Assembly (NCBI RefSeq): GCF_018977255.1
Contig: NW_024704742.1
Coordinates: forward strand, 30,382,001 to 30,446,000
Direction of reading: 5' to 3'
Source of the DNA: Callorhinchus milii
Lineage: Eukaryota
DNA: 64,000 bases
Position numbers and translations under genes: made by a program
Notes under the pieces: model-generated
The model's database searches: none
Told to the model about the DNA's origin: nothing
What the model saw: the letters and a program-made list of their open reading frames with translations, nothing else
Shown: positions 37,958-50,390 of the stretch, piece by piece
Layout of the letters: the number at the start of each line of letters is the position of its first letter
Position numbering within the stretch: the stretch's first letter is position 1

Positions 37958-39489
37958 AATGGGCCTGTTTCTGTGCTGTATATTCTAATGTATTCTAACG
38001 TAGATAATTATTTTGGGCGGACAAATTTGCAATGACTATGGGGAGAGAGCAGGGGAATGGGATTGATTTGGGTAGCTCTTTTGAGAGACCCGGCACGGAC
38101 ACGATGGGCCAAATGGCCTCCTTCTGTGCTGTATAATTCTATGATTCTATGAGGTTTTGTTAACAAAGGAACTGAAGTAATGAGAGTGGGTTGGTGCCCT
38201 CTTCAGCCTATTAAATGGAATAGCAATCAATGTAACACAAGAACGGTGCAGCCGTAATGTAACAGCAAAATGCTCGATACAGAACTATAATCAGTTTGTG
38301 GATGTTTGGTAATTGCCTGAAATGTGCATCGATTGCTAATGGCTACAGATTAAGCGATACAGTGAAATGAGCACTTTATCGTGACCGATGGCGTACTTGC
38401 AATTCTCCCTTCAATTATTCTGAAAACATTAACAAGTATGGAGTGGCTGCATTGCACTTTGCTGGCGTCAATTCACTCCATTTAAGAAGCAACCAATCCA
38501 TTGTTACACAATACATACCCAGAGTGGTTTCAAACAAATGACAGATTGAATAGAACAATGGACTGGATACTTAAAATCACCTACGAGATGACTGCTGGTG
38601 CTGCACTGGGAACTGGTGACAGGCAGGTCAAACTGGGGAGTGATGCTGCCTGTCAACTCATTCCATCACATTGATGCCTCCCATTGCTGGGGACAGGCGG
38701 GAAGCAGGTAGGAAAGAAAATAAGGCTAAGGCTATCTTGCTAGGGCTGACAAACCACTTGAAGGACGTAATCCCCTGACACAGTGCTCCATGATGCAAAC
38801 TGTATACTGGAGGGAAGCCAAAAGGGAGAAATTCTGAAGTAATTCTTTCTTTTTCACTCTGATATCTTCCATGTATTGAGTACAGGTGTCATCGTGGTTG
38901 AGTTGGGAGCTCTCTTTCTTGCCTCTGAGTCAAAAGTGGTTGGGGGGGTCCAAACGCCACATCAGGACTTCGTGCTCTAGGCAGACAATTCATTGCAACC
39001 CAGAGAAGCACTGTATTGTCAGAGGTGCTGTCCTTTGGATGAGACATTAACCCAAGGTCCTATCTGCTTGCCTTGAAAGAGCCAAAACACTATTCAAAGA
39101 GAGAAGAGAATTTCTCTGGTGTCCTGACCAACAATCCTCCAGATAAAATTGCTCATTCATTCAGGACAGTTTGTGGTACACCGCTGTGCAAAGGTTGGCT
39201 GCCGTGTTTACACACAAGACACACTCTACGATATGATAATAATAATCTTTGCATTTGATATATGGTCTCATTGTGTAGTTGAGACATATCAAAGCACTTC
39301 ACAGGATATATTGTAAAGTGGATTGACTGCATTTTATATCACATGAAGCACTTTCAAACGTTCTCTAGATGTGAAAGGCTCTACACGAAGTGTAAGATTA
39401 TTACTATAGAGGATGTCAATTGGAGCTGAGTGGCTCTTTTACAAGCTAAGTAACCAATACAGATTGGAACCTACATTAGTTTACCCACC

Positions 39490-41285
39490 TACATCCGTGA
39501 CTCTTCTGACGCTCTCCGCCACTTCAACAATTTCCAGTTCCCTGGCCCTGACCATCTCCTATTTACAATGGACATTCAGTCCCTCTACACCTCCATCCCC
39601 CACAAGGACAGCCTGCAGGCCCTCTGTTTCCACCTCGAACAGCAGCCTAACCAATCTCCATCCACGAAGACCCTTCTCTGCCTGGCTGAACTTGTTCTGA
39701 CATTGAACAACTTCACCTTCAACTCCAACCACTTCCTCCAAGTAAAAGATGTCGCTATGGGAACCCATGTGGGTTGTTGGCCACCTGGAACACTCTTTGT
39801 TCCGGGCCTACTCAGGTCCGCTCCCTGACCTGTTCCTCAGATATATTGACGACTGCGTTGGGTCTGCTTCCTGCTCTCACAGTGAGCTGTAAAAATTTAC
39901 CAATTTTGCTTCCACCTTCCACCCCTCCATAACATTCACATGATCCATTTCCGACCCTTCCCTTCCTCAACTTCACCATCTCGGGGCATAGATTATCCAT
40001 AGATATCTTTTACAAGCCCACCAACACCCACAGTTACCTGGACTACACCTCCTCCCACCCCACCTCCTGTAAAGACTCCATTCCCTTTTCCCAGTTCCAC
40101 TGTATCTGCTCTGACGATGCCACCTTTCACGCCAGAGCAGCTGAAATGTTTTCCTTTTTCCTCGACCGAGGATTCCCATCCACTGTAGTAGGCAGGGCCC
40201 TTGACCATGTCCGCCCTATTTCCTACACTCTGCTCTCACCCCTCCCCCCTCTTCCCAGAACCATGATAGGGTCCCTCAAGTCCTCACCTTCCACCCAACC
40301 AGCCTGAACATCCAACAAATAATTCTCTGCCATTACTGGCATCTCCAGTGTGATCCAACCACTAAACATATCTTTCCCTCCCTCCCAGGATTCCGAAGGG
40401 ACCGTTCTCTCCGTAATTTCCTGGCTCATTCCTTCATTATCACCAACATTTGCTCTCCTCCCCCCAGTGCCTTCCCATGCCAGCACAGGTGATGCAATAC
40501 CTGCCCTTTCACCTCCTCTCATACCACTGCCCAGGGCCCCAAACACAGTTTTCAAGAGACAGTGATTTCCGTGCATTACCACTAATGTAGTTTACTGCCT
40601 TCGCTGCTCATGATGTGGTCTCCTCTACATTGGGGAGACGAAACGCAGATTGGGTGACAGATTTGCCGAACACCTCCATTCTGTCCACACACACACCCCT
40701 GAGCTTCCGGTCTCTTGCCACTTCAACTCTCCCTCCCACTTGCACTCTGACCTCTCCATCCTCGGGCTCCTACCTGCTCCAATGAGCCACAGCGCAAGCT
40801 CGAGGAACAGCACTTCATCTATCTGCTAGGGACCTTACAGCCCTCTGGTCTCAATATTGATTTCAACAATTTCAGACCATAATAGCTCACCTTCCCTCTC
40901 CCCCTCTTCTGTGACCTTTACCCCATCATCTGGGTCCCAGACACACCTTTTCTCTCTCTGGTCCGCCTATTTTGTTGGAAATATCCCCCCCCACCACCCC
41001 ACTGTTTTGCATTATTAACACCTCCATTCTCCTGTTTTGTTGCAATTCCCCCCTTTTGTTTTGCATCATTAACTCCTCTTTAACCCATTACCCCCTGTCC
41101 TCTACCCCATTTTCTCCTTTGTCTCTCTGCCTCGCCCCTCCCTGTTAGCTCTTAAAAGCCTCTCCCTTCCAAGATGCCCCAGTTTTGATGAAGGGTCGTG
41201 GACCTAAAACGTTGACTCACTTTCCTTTCTCCACAGATGCTGCCTGACCTGCTGAGTGTTCCCAGCGACTTCTGTTTTTGTTACA
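39490..41285 (+). mobile_element. Decayed Penelope-like retroelement (Neptune-type): RT, GIY-YIG endonuclease and 3' terminal repeat
   Basis: RT motifs MDIQSLYTSIPH, VAMGT and RYIDDC; Cys-rich linker FPC....CNTC near 40470-40505; endonuclease VVYCLRCS*CGLLYIGETKRRLGDRFAEH. Multiple stops and frameshifts. Confidence 0.88.
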
Positions 41286-41904
41286 GACTAGAACCTTGTA
41301 GCGTTATCACTAAAAGGAAGGCAAAAACATCCTTTCCTGACTCCCCTGGTTAAAAGCTGAGCTTTTCTTTTTTGTGGTGCACCTAAAAACATTGTGGGTG
41401 GCGACTTTCCTCTGCAAAATGGTTCTGCGAGTATTTTTCTGCACACAAAGATGTTTGAGGGAATGAAATGGAGGCTTGAGATGCTGAACAGGCAGTCAGC
41501 AGCCAGTCTTAAAAGGTATACAGCTCTGCTTTTTGCGCAACACTCTTTGTAGGCACAGATAGACTAATGCACCTGCAATGCTAACACGGGAAAACTGCAA
41601 ATCCTGGAAATGCACAACTGATCAATCAGCACCTGAAATAGAGGATTGGCAGCTGATTTACTGTCTGTAGATTTCCAGCATTTCCCATCCACGTACATTA
41701 TACACATTTCAAACAATCGTATAAGAACATTGCTGAAGTTCTGGTGATGGAGTGTGTTACAGCCTTGTAATGAAGGTGTTCAGATGACATGCAGTGTATC
41801 ATAGCCTTGTAATGAAGATGATTTGATGATATTGATGGAGTGTGTTACTGTCTTGCAATTAACAATGACAGCAGAATGGGATGGAAGACAAAGAGCCCAC
41901 TTAC

Positions 41905-42077
41905 TGCTTGACTGAAGACAACATCTCTCCTCTGGTGCAGTGCTAGGGCCTGAGGTATGCTGCAGGCACACTCCTGAAGAAGTACAAACACCATGGCCTT
42001 CTTTGCTCTGGCAACCACTTCATTGACACAGTCCTTTAGTGTAACTACCAGAGGGTATAGCCCTTCGTACCAGTGAT
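41905..42077 (-). CDS. INPP4B: INPP4B coding exon
   Basis: ctgcaag| acceptor and |gtaagt donor; 173 nt, (D)[57 protein letters not shown]. Confidence 0.93.
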
Positions 42078-43498
42078 CTTGCAGAATAAATCCAACACAG
42101 GGAAATTAGTAAAGCATGATAACTGAAACATAATATTTTCTGAGAGAAAAAAGACAAATAATTTTCAATATGTGTAATGTAGTAAAACACAGACTTATTT
42201 TATGGCTAATAGCTATATTATATAGCAGTATTACCATTTACTACAGCAAAATCTAAACCTCTATCACCTTAAGTCTAGCATACCACTGGGTCTGGAGTTT
42301 GTTAGTAAAGCCATAACACAGCATAAGCGTTGAGGTTATAGTATAAGCCCCGAGACCAAATAGTGAGTGGTACATCAATGTGTGAATCGCAAGATCTTTT
42401 ATAAGCATGGACCACACTTCAGAGTCAGTCATTGTATATACCACACTTTCAACGATTACTTACAATAAACTTGTTTTACTTTGTGTGTGTGTATGTGTGG
42501 GAGGAGGGTGGGGGTGGGGGTTGGGAGTGGTGGTAAAGGGAGAGGAATAAGGGTGTTACAATGGACAGCACCAGATAGACTATCGCATTATCTAACAGAA
42601 AACTGATTTACTTTTACAGATGGACTGAATGAGAGATTAGATCTTGTACTACATTAGAACACGGTAAAGAGATTTCAGACAGGCTAATTCATTTTTGCAA
42701 GCCTGTTTGAAACTATTATTTTTGCCTTGCTTTACAGTGCTGCATTAAGCATGGTACAGATGTAGTTTCAATGAGGTCTGTATTAAACCCTCCACATCTT
42801 GTACATTCATGAAATATAAAAGGATTAAAATCAGATTTTAAATATTCTAGGCTTGTCACTTTACGGGGAGGATAATTTGATTTAACAATTTCATCTTACA
42901 TGGAGGGTTCTCAAGAATTTTCCACACTCAAGTCAATCTTGCTGGTTGGTATCAACAGGTTGCCAGAAAGCATTCACATAACAGTAGGTACATGAGAACA
43001 TAATTCAGTCAGAAATGGTAGTTCACTTAAAGTACGATTCACGCAAACTAAGATCTGGATAAATAACACACAACATCTAGATTAATAACATGCAAGAGTG
43101 CCATTCACACTGGGAGAGTGTCCCAAGATTCTCGACAGTTCTGGCTTGACACCCGAGCTGGGGGTGGAAGCTGAGGAGGGTGGGAGGGGGAAAGATGATT
43201 GAAGGCGCAGTCAAAGAGGAAGATCTTGAGACAGATTTTGAAAGAGGTGAGGGACTGAGCGAATCCAAGGCTGAAAACCCGACTACTGATGATGGGTCGG
43301 GCAGGGGATATGAAGTAGGCTACTGTTTGCTGAGCAAAGGCTGCGTGGGTACAGTAACAAACACCCACAGGAAATAATAATCAAACAAACAGCACAAGCC
43401 GGTGAGAGGCAGATGCACTGCATATAGTGCAGATATCGATCGAATGTCTATTCTTCAACTGCCTTTCTCTGGTTTGTGAAATTCAGAATGACACCTAC

Positions 43499-43643
43499 CA
43501 CCTACTGAGGGCGGGATCTGATCAGCCAGCGGGGGCTCCTGCTCCTGCTCACGTTCCAGCTGTGCGCTGCTCTGCTCCAGCAGTCGGTCCACCATCGCAA
43601 TGATACAGTTCAAACTTTTGCCCACATTCACCCACACTCTGTC
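43499..43643 (-). CDS. INPP4B: INPP4B coding exon
   Basis: tttctag| acceptor; 145 nt, [24 protein letters not shown]...PPSVG; G|gtaggt donor gives the phase 1 required by the next exon. Confidence 0.92.
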
Positions 43644-44658
43644 CTAGAAAAACAAATAAAAAACTAAAAACCAAATCAACATGCAACAAAAACAGTGCAT
43701 CCTTTGCATTACAATTAATTGCTTGCCAGAATTTAGTAAGAGGGAATTGGTTCTCCCACCACAGGCCTGTCCATCAAGATACTCGGCTCCTTATTACGAT
43801 TACAAGAAAATAAGGTGATTTTTCAGCATAGGAGCAGTCAGGTGACTGGTGGCACAGTAGGTTAGCACAGCAACTCAACTTTGGGATCTTCACACAAACC
43901 ACGACTGATCAAATGATTCCTCAAGGGAACAATGCCAGGTAGGTAGAGCTGGGAGACTAAAGCAATCATAGTTTGCCACAACTTAGTCGTCACATTCATA
44001 GCGCCCACCAAGAACATTGAGAAATGGCCACTGGGTGAAGCAAGGTTGCTGGGATAGTGCAGAGGGAGCAGTTCTTAGCTGCATTTATGATGGATATTCT
44101 TGAAAATGAGCAACAGTGCAACTTTCACACTTCTGTTTAACATGTCCAAAATTCACTACTCAAATAATAAGCTGAAAATAACCAGGGAACAAAATGCACA
44201 CAACCAGATGGGTCTCTGATGTGCCAGTGGGCGATGGCTGATGGGCAGCTCTGTTCCATTTTCAACACAATCAATCGGTGATTGTGAACACTGTGGACAT
44301 TGTGTGATTGTGGACATCGGTCTGATGTCTGATAGCATGATTTGAACTCGAGCTCTCTTCCAACTATGCGATTGCCATTGAAGCGACATTGGGCCTTTTT
44401 CAGTTTACTGAGGAGCAGTAATATACCGTGTGAGGTGATACCTTACATGAAAGATGTGAAGGAACAAATAACGTGCTAACCAATGCCAAAGAACACAATC
44501 CCAATTTACAAGCTTGAGAGTAATGGTGCAGCCACAGGTCTACCCTCACAACGGTCGGTTGATGCAGTGATGGGAGAACAAAGTCACACGATCATAAACT
44601 GCTCATGCTATTTGGGGGCAGGGGAGAGGGGGAAAACACTTTGACAAAGATGACTTGC

Positions 44659-44868
44659 CCAATCTTCCTCATCGTACTCAGCTTGGTGAGGTATCGAGTG
44701 GTCGCTGGCGCTGTGCTTCTCCCGGTTTACACTCAGCAGCTCAGGGTCACTCGGGTTAATGCAGGGACCAGAATATCTTCGGTTGATGTAACCTGGGCGC
44801 GCTGTATGTAGAGCTAACAGGGCACTTCTCACCAACTGATCTTCAAAGGCATGTACAAACTGCTCAGT
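44659..44868 (-). CDS. INPP4B: INPP4B coding exon with GC donor
   Basis: acccacag| acceptor; 210 nt, TEQFVHAFEDQLVRSALLALHTARPG...EYDEEDW; ends TGG|gcaagt, in phase 0 with next exon DRVW. Confidence 0.92.
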
Positions 44869-46950
44869 CTGTGGGTAGAAAAAAACAAGACATCCACGTG
44901 AGATGGGCATACATATTGATTCCATCGATTTTGGTTTTTAGAATGAACAACTGGCTCTGGGTGTCTGACAGCACAAAGTGGATAGGTAGAAGCACTAAAG
45001 ATGCTCACTGTAATGCATTTAATAAGACAGGATCCTCCATCTCATACACAAAATATGTAGTCGATCCACTTTACAGTATATTCTGTGAAGCACTTTGAGA
45101 CATCTCAACAACATGGTAAGGCGCTTTATCAAATGCAGGGATTATTATTATTATCATCTCAATATAGCTGGAGAATGGGAGGAACAGAACTGAATTAGAT
45201 AGGAACTTGCGACAAGTTTACCAGCTAGTTAGAAGAGTTTAATGGCAAATTAATTCAAGTGTGTTGCATGTTATTTTCTTTCTATACCGATATTCTCCTC
45301 TCCCTTCTGTTCCTCCTCTTCTGATGACAACTGAATGCCTTTTCCATCAAGCTCCATTTGCCATCAGGAAGGGTGGTAGTGGCCAGGACATTGGACTTGT
45401 TTAAAAAGTAGCTTGATGCAGTGATGGGGAACGATTGATATGAGTGTTCTGGAGGGTTGAGGTCAGATGAGCTGAAGGCCCTTGTTCAACAAGACCAATC
45501 TTGTGATCTTATGATTTTGAGGTATCTCACCTGCTGATCATTATTTTTGAATGAACCATGACAGTACATGTTCGCAGTCTGTTTGACTGCTTTTATAAAT
45601 ATCTCTCTGGTCAAATACCGGAAACTCGCAAGCTCACAACATTGGTCTTTATAAAAAAGACTCTTTGGTCCATTTTATCCCTCCAGAACACCTAACACCC
45701 CACCCCGCTACCCAGCATCAAGCAGCTTTTTAAATTGGTCCAGTGTCCTGGCCTCAACCAGCTTCCTGACAACCTGTTCCAGTCATTGATTACCTCTGGG
45801 TAAAGAAAAAGTTCTCGGCGCCTGCCCCGAAATACTCTTTGCATCTCTAAACCGAGGTCCTCTTTTTTCACCATTATCTGCTGGTTGATCCCCATTGTCA
45901 TTGTGAAAAGCTTTAGAAATATTCATTCTAGATGAAAAGTTGCTGATTGTGCAGCATCTGTGATGCTGTGACTTGGGAATGCCGTTTCAATATGATCTAT
46001 TTTTGGAGTGGTAGTGATGAGGATTACATATTTCCAGTGCTTGGAGAGCGCTGCATTGTCGGAGGTGCTATCCTTCGGATGAGACATTAAACCGAGATCA
46101 CATCTGTCTGTTCAGGCGGACGTCAAACCTCGCATGAAAAAGAGAAGGGAGCTTCTCCCGGCCAACAATCCTCCCAGTTAAAATTGGTCATTCACTTCAT
46201 GACTGTTTATGGGACATTGCTTTGCACAAATTACCAGCTGTGTTTGCCTACAAGATATAGTTACTACACCTACAATATATCCTGTGAAGTGTTTTGAGAC
46301 ATTTTGATGTGATAAGACAATATATCAAATGCAAGGATTACTACGTATTATCATTATAATTTCACAGAACACAAGAGATGTTTGGATGAAGAGGTCTGCC
46401 CATTTGAGCTAATTTCTCCTCTATACCCACCATACATTATATTTCCATCACAGCATCAAGTTGGCTCTTAAATTAATTCAGAGGATTAGCTGTAACCATC
46501 CTTCCGGTTAACCTGTTCGAGTTGTCAATTAACCTCTCGGTCTGCCCTCCTTAAGTTGCTCTCAGCAACCCTGAGCCTTAGCCCTCTTATTCCGTTGCCT
46601 TGGTGAAACTTGTGTTAACAAAGCACAATGCTTGCAAAAGAATGTCTCAGGACTCTTGACAAACAAGAGTGGTTAAGCAAACATACAAGAAGAGAGGGAA
46701 GCCTGTCAGTAAACCTCAGAGAAGCTGATCATGTCCCAGCCAACAATGTGATTTCACTTGCATTGCATTGTCTCTGTAGGTGAAGCATCGAGGTCCATTG
46801 AACATCTGATGAAAACTGCTATTTAGAATACGTTTGGAGTCATTTAAACATAAGCAGAGTACAGGGAAAGGTTAACAGCAGGTTTCATTTTTATTTGAGC
46901 CGATGGTGTGGATATGGTTTAGAATCTGCCTTGCTTGTTGTCCTTGGTGC

Positions 46951-46984
46951 CTGCTATTGTGAGCTTAAACCACAAGGTGGTGCC
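46951..46984 (+). promoter_or_regulatory. Candidate CTCF site
   Basis: CCACAAGGTGGTGC core preceded by TGCTATTG at the same spacing as the 16.6-kb site. Confidence 0.4.
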
Positions 46985-47343
46985 TGAGACCAGCTCCATC
47001 CAAATGGTGTTAACGTGAACAATATATAAACAGATATCTGTGCAAAATGTATGTACCTAGTTTATATTCTTTAAAAAACAACCAATTTTGAAGTGTGCAT
47101 AATTCATATATGGTATTAGAATAAAACAACCTGATTGAGAACCATATCAATTATCTAATCAGTAGGTCAACAGAACACAGTTGCCTGTTTATAATGCAGA
47201 TCCTCTGACCAACAGTCCTCAATATTCAGTAGTGATTTATCCACTGATATTTGTGGAACCTTGCTGCCTCGTTTACCTACAATGTTGTCCCGGTGGTTAG
47301 CTGGGGATCTAAAAGACGTGGAAAGCCCTCATCTTACTTTAGA

Positions 47344-47571
47344 TCTCTTTGACCGTGCCTTCAGCTCCCCTCTCGACTCTCTTCCCCCTCCTCGCTCCCT
47401 CCCTTCCCTCCCCTCACCCTGACCATTTCCCCCCTCCTCGCTCCCTCCCTTCCCTCACCCTGACCACCCTGACCTCACCCTGCTCGGGTCATGGCCCAAC
47501 TGTGCAGCGCCTTGGGACGTCCTCCTGACGTGAAAGGCGCTTTATAAATGGAATCTTGTTGTTGTTGTTGT
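47344..47571 (+). mobile_element. L2 3' end with internal duplication
   Basis: Matches 21737-21916; the cctcctcgctccctcccttccctc..accctgacca segment is duplicated. Confidence 0.8.
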
Positions 47572-50039
47572 AGATCTGCCAAAAGAGAGAGAGTTCCACA
47601 TATGTACGTCACCACTTCCCCCGTCTGTCTGGGTTTTGGCTTGCAGTTAACAGGAGCTGAGAGGACAGAATCCCTGTGAATTCTCCAGTGACTGGTCTGC
47701 CCCTCCAAGTCTTACCGATGAGCCAGGCTGGATGTGCCGTCATCACCAGGGCCCTGAAATACTGCGGACCCGCCTGGCTCAGGAACCCTACCATTCCGAC
47801 ATTCCGTTGTCAAGTACATCACCTTGGAGGGCTTCTCAAAGCGCTTCACAGGATTTTTACGGTAAGGTGTAGTGACTGTGTGTTGCGTATGCGAACATAT
47901 ATGTCCATGTCTTCCTGCTGTGACTGCGCTGTCTGACATACAACAGCAGGAGTCTCTGAGCCACTTTCAGTTTCCAGCCAATGGATTTTTTTTTAGTAGC
48001 AAGAAATGAGAAGAGTAACAGGACCGAACCAAAGGGCACATAATATCAGAATCCAATCAATTAATCTCCATTTCCTAGTTCAAGCTATTCAACAGTCATG
48101 TGCCACTTTACTGACATCTTCTCTCCACAGCCAGTGGAAGCAGCAATGACAGGAGCAGTGCAATTTGATAGTAATAATGACCCACAGGATCGACGCATTC
48201 ATCAAGCTCTCAGCTACACTCACCGTGATAAAACCGTGAATGATCTGTAGGCAAAATCCTCTGGAATGCAGCAGTGAATGGGTCGGACTACAGCGAAGAT
48301 GCTGAGAGCATTTTAGAGCCAGTGACTGCTCCGGTTTAGCCTGGTTCTTGTTCACCCACACAGCCAGACATCCTGTGACAATGATTGTCATTCCAATCAC
48401 TGGTATCTTTTATGGATGAGCAACTGCCAGGGTCCAATATGCAATAATAACTTGATTCCCAAATAAGGGAAGCTTAATAAATTGGTCATGTCAGCCCGTG
48501 GCAACTCTGAACTTTAGGACACCACTATATAATCTTACTGAATGATTGAAATTACAGCTCAGGTGGTTTTTTGGTCAACTGAGCATATGCTGGTGCTAGC
48601 TCCTCCATTATATAACTTAGTTATAGTGAGCCAAATAGTACAATCCCAATTGTTAACGGTTCTTCTTATAGATTGGCTAGTCATATGCTCAGGAGGATAG
48701 GTAAGAGGCCTGCCATCATTACATGAATCCTGAGACTTTATTATTAGGAGCCCCAGTCATGTTTGTAAGATCTTTGCTTAGAATCATAAAAACGTACAAA
48801 ACAGAATGAGGCCATTCAACCTATCAAGTCTGCATCGGCTCTCAGAGCAAACTGTTCATTCACTCTCACTGCCCTGCTGTAACCCTAGCACATTGCTGCA
48901 GTGATGGGGGGATAGCAGGGTGGGGGTTCAAGAGGAAGGAGATCAGATGGGATGAAGAACCTTCTTCATCCAGACCAATCTTGTGATCTTCATATCCCTT
49001 CAAGCCCTTTGAGGCTTGAATCCTCAACCTTCTGAGGTGAGAATGCTACAAACTACCAACTGAATCAGACGGACTGAGTATTTGTAGGAAAATAATGGAT
49101 GTAGAGGAACATCTTGGTGCTGATACACAAATTAAACTCTACCGAGCTCTGCAAATCAGGGAGAAAGAGCGAGTTTGAGTGACGTTTGCACAATTAATAT
49201 GTAAAACTGTGCGATAACTGTAAGGGATTTCAGGTGTGCAAAAAAGTATAAAAATTTGGGAACAGGATCCTAAAAATAAACACTCAAAGGAAAAAATTCT
49301 TACAGCTGAGCCAGATTTTCTGCCTTTGCACAAGGTCTGAAACCGGCCCAAGTTGTGGCACCATGTCCCTATAGTAAATCACCGTCTGTGTTTTGCTTTC
49401 ACTGGAACAAATTCAGCTCTGCATATTTCACAACATTGGGTCTCGCTAAATGTGACACAAAATAGTTTAATGAGACTCACGGGATCACATGGCAGCTTTA
49501 AAGCCCATTGTTTCAAGAACTCACACACAGGCCCAGTCTATCATACAGCTTCAAACAATAGCTACTGGCATGGCATTAACCTACATTTGGATCTATGCTA
49601 CTGCTTTCATTACCTACACCCCAAAGGGGGAAAGAAGACGTGGAACCAGTATTTCAGTCACTTTGAATCTGATAATTGCAGAACATGTATCTAACTGGGA
49701 TGTATAAAAGCAAAGGGTTTGGTATCAGAGGGTAATTAATAAATGCAACAGGTTGTCAGGAGGGTGGTTAAGGCCAAGGCACTAGATTCATTTAAAGCAA
49801 CAACTTGCTGCTGCGAAGGGAAGATGTTAGGGTGGGTGTTCTGGAGGGATGAGATCAGATGAGCCAAAGGGCCTCTTCATCAATACCAATCTTGTGATAT
49901 TACATGGATTTACATGGATCATTAAAGATCGGAGCAAGACATTCAACCCAGTTATTCTGTACCAGAGTTTATATTCCACTTTTATAACCATATTTAACTC
50001 GTATCTCTTCATTATTAATTCTCCCTTTTTTCTCTTTGT

Positions 50040-50390
50040 GGAATCCTCAGTGGTTAGAGCACTTGCCTCACAAGCAAGAGTCCTGGGTTCGATTCCCAGC
50101 AGGGTGAAACATTGGGCAAGTTTCCTTACTCCACAAGCCTCTGTTTACCCAGCAGTAAGTAGGAACCCCGGTTGTTAGTCGATTGGCAGATTGCTTTATG
50201 GGGGTAGTAATTCCTTAAAAAAAAATTTGGTCACTCAAACCATGACTGTTTGTGGGACACTGCTGTGTGCAATTGACTGCCGCGTTTCGCCCACAAAAAT
50301 ATACAGTCAATTCACTTTACGGTATATTCTCTGAAGCGCTTTAAGATGTCTTGAAGACTTGAAATCAAGAGTGAGGATCATTATTATTAT
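50040..50390 (+). mobile_element. tRNA-derived SINE, short family (full variant)
   Basis: ctcagtggttagagc and ggttcgattccc boxes, ttgggcaagtttccttactccac..gcctctgtttaccc segment, Deu-like core and L2 tail. Similar copies at 14770-15115 (-) and 27985-28290 (+). Confidence 0.85.

Noticed and set aside
41181..41217. Functional hammerhead in the Penelope element terminus
   Set aside because: Core mutated (UUGAUGA and AAAA) and antisense to INPP4B; the plus-arm copy at 12588-12624 also lacks GAAA.
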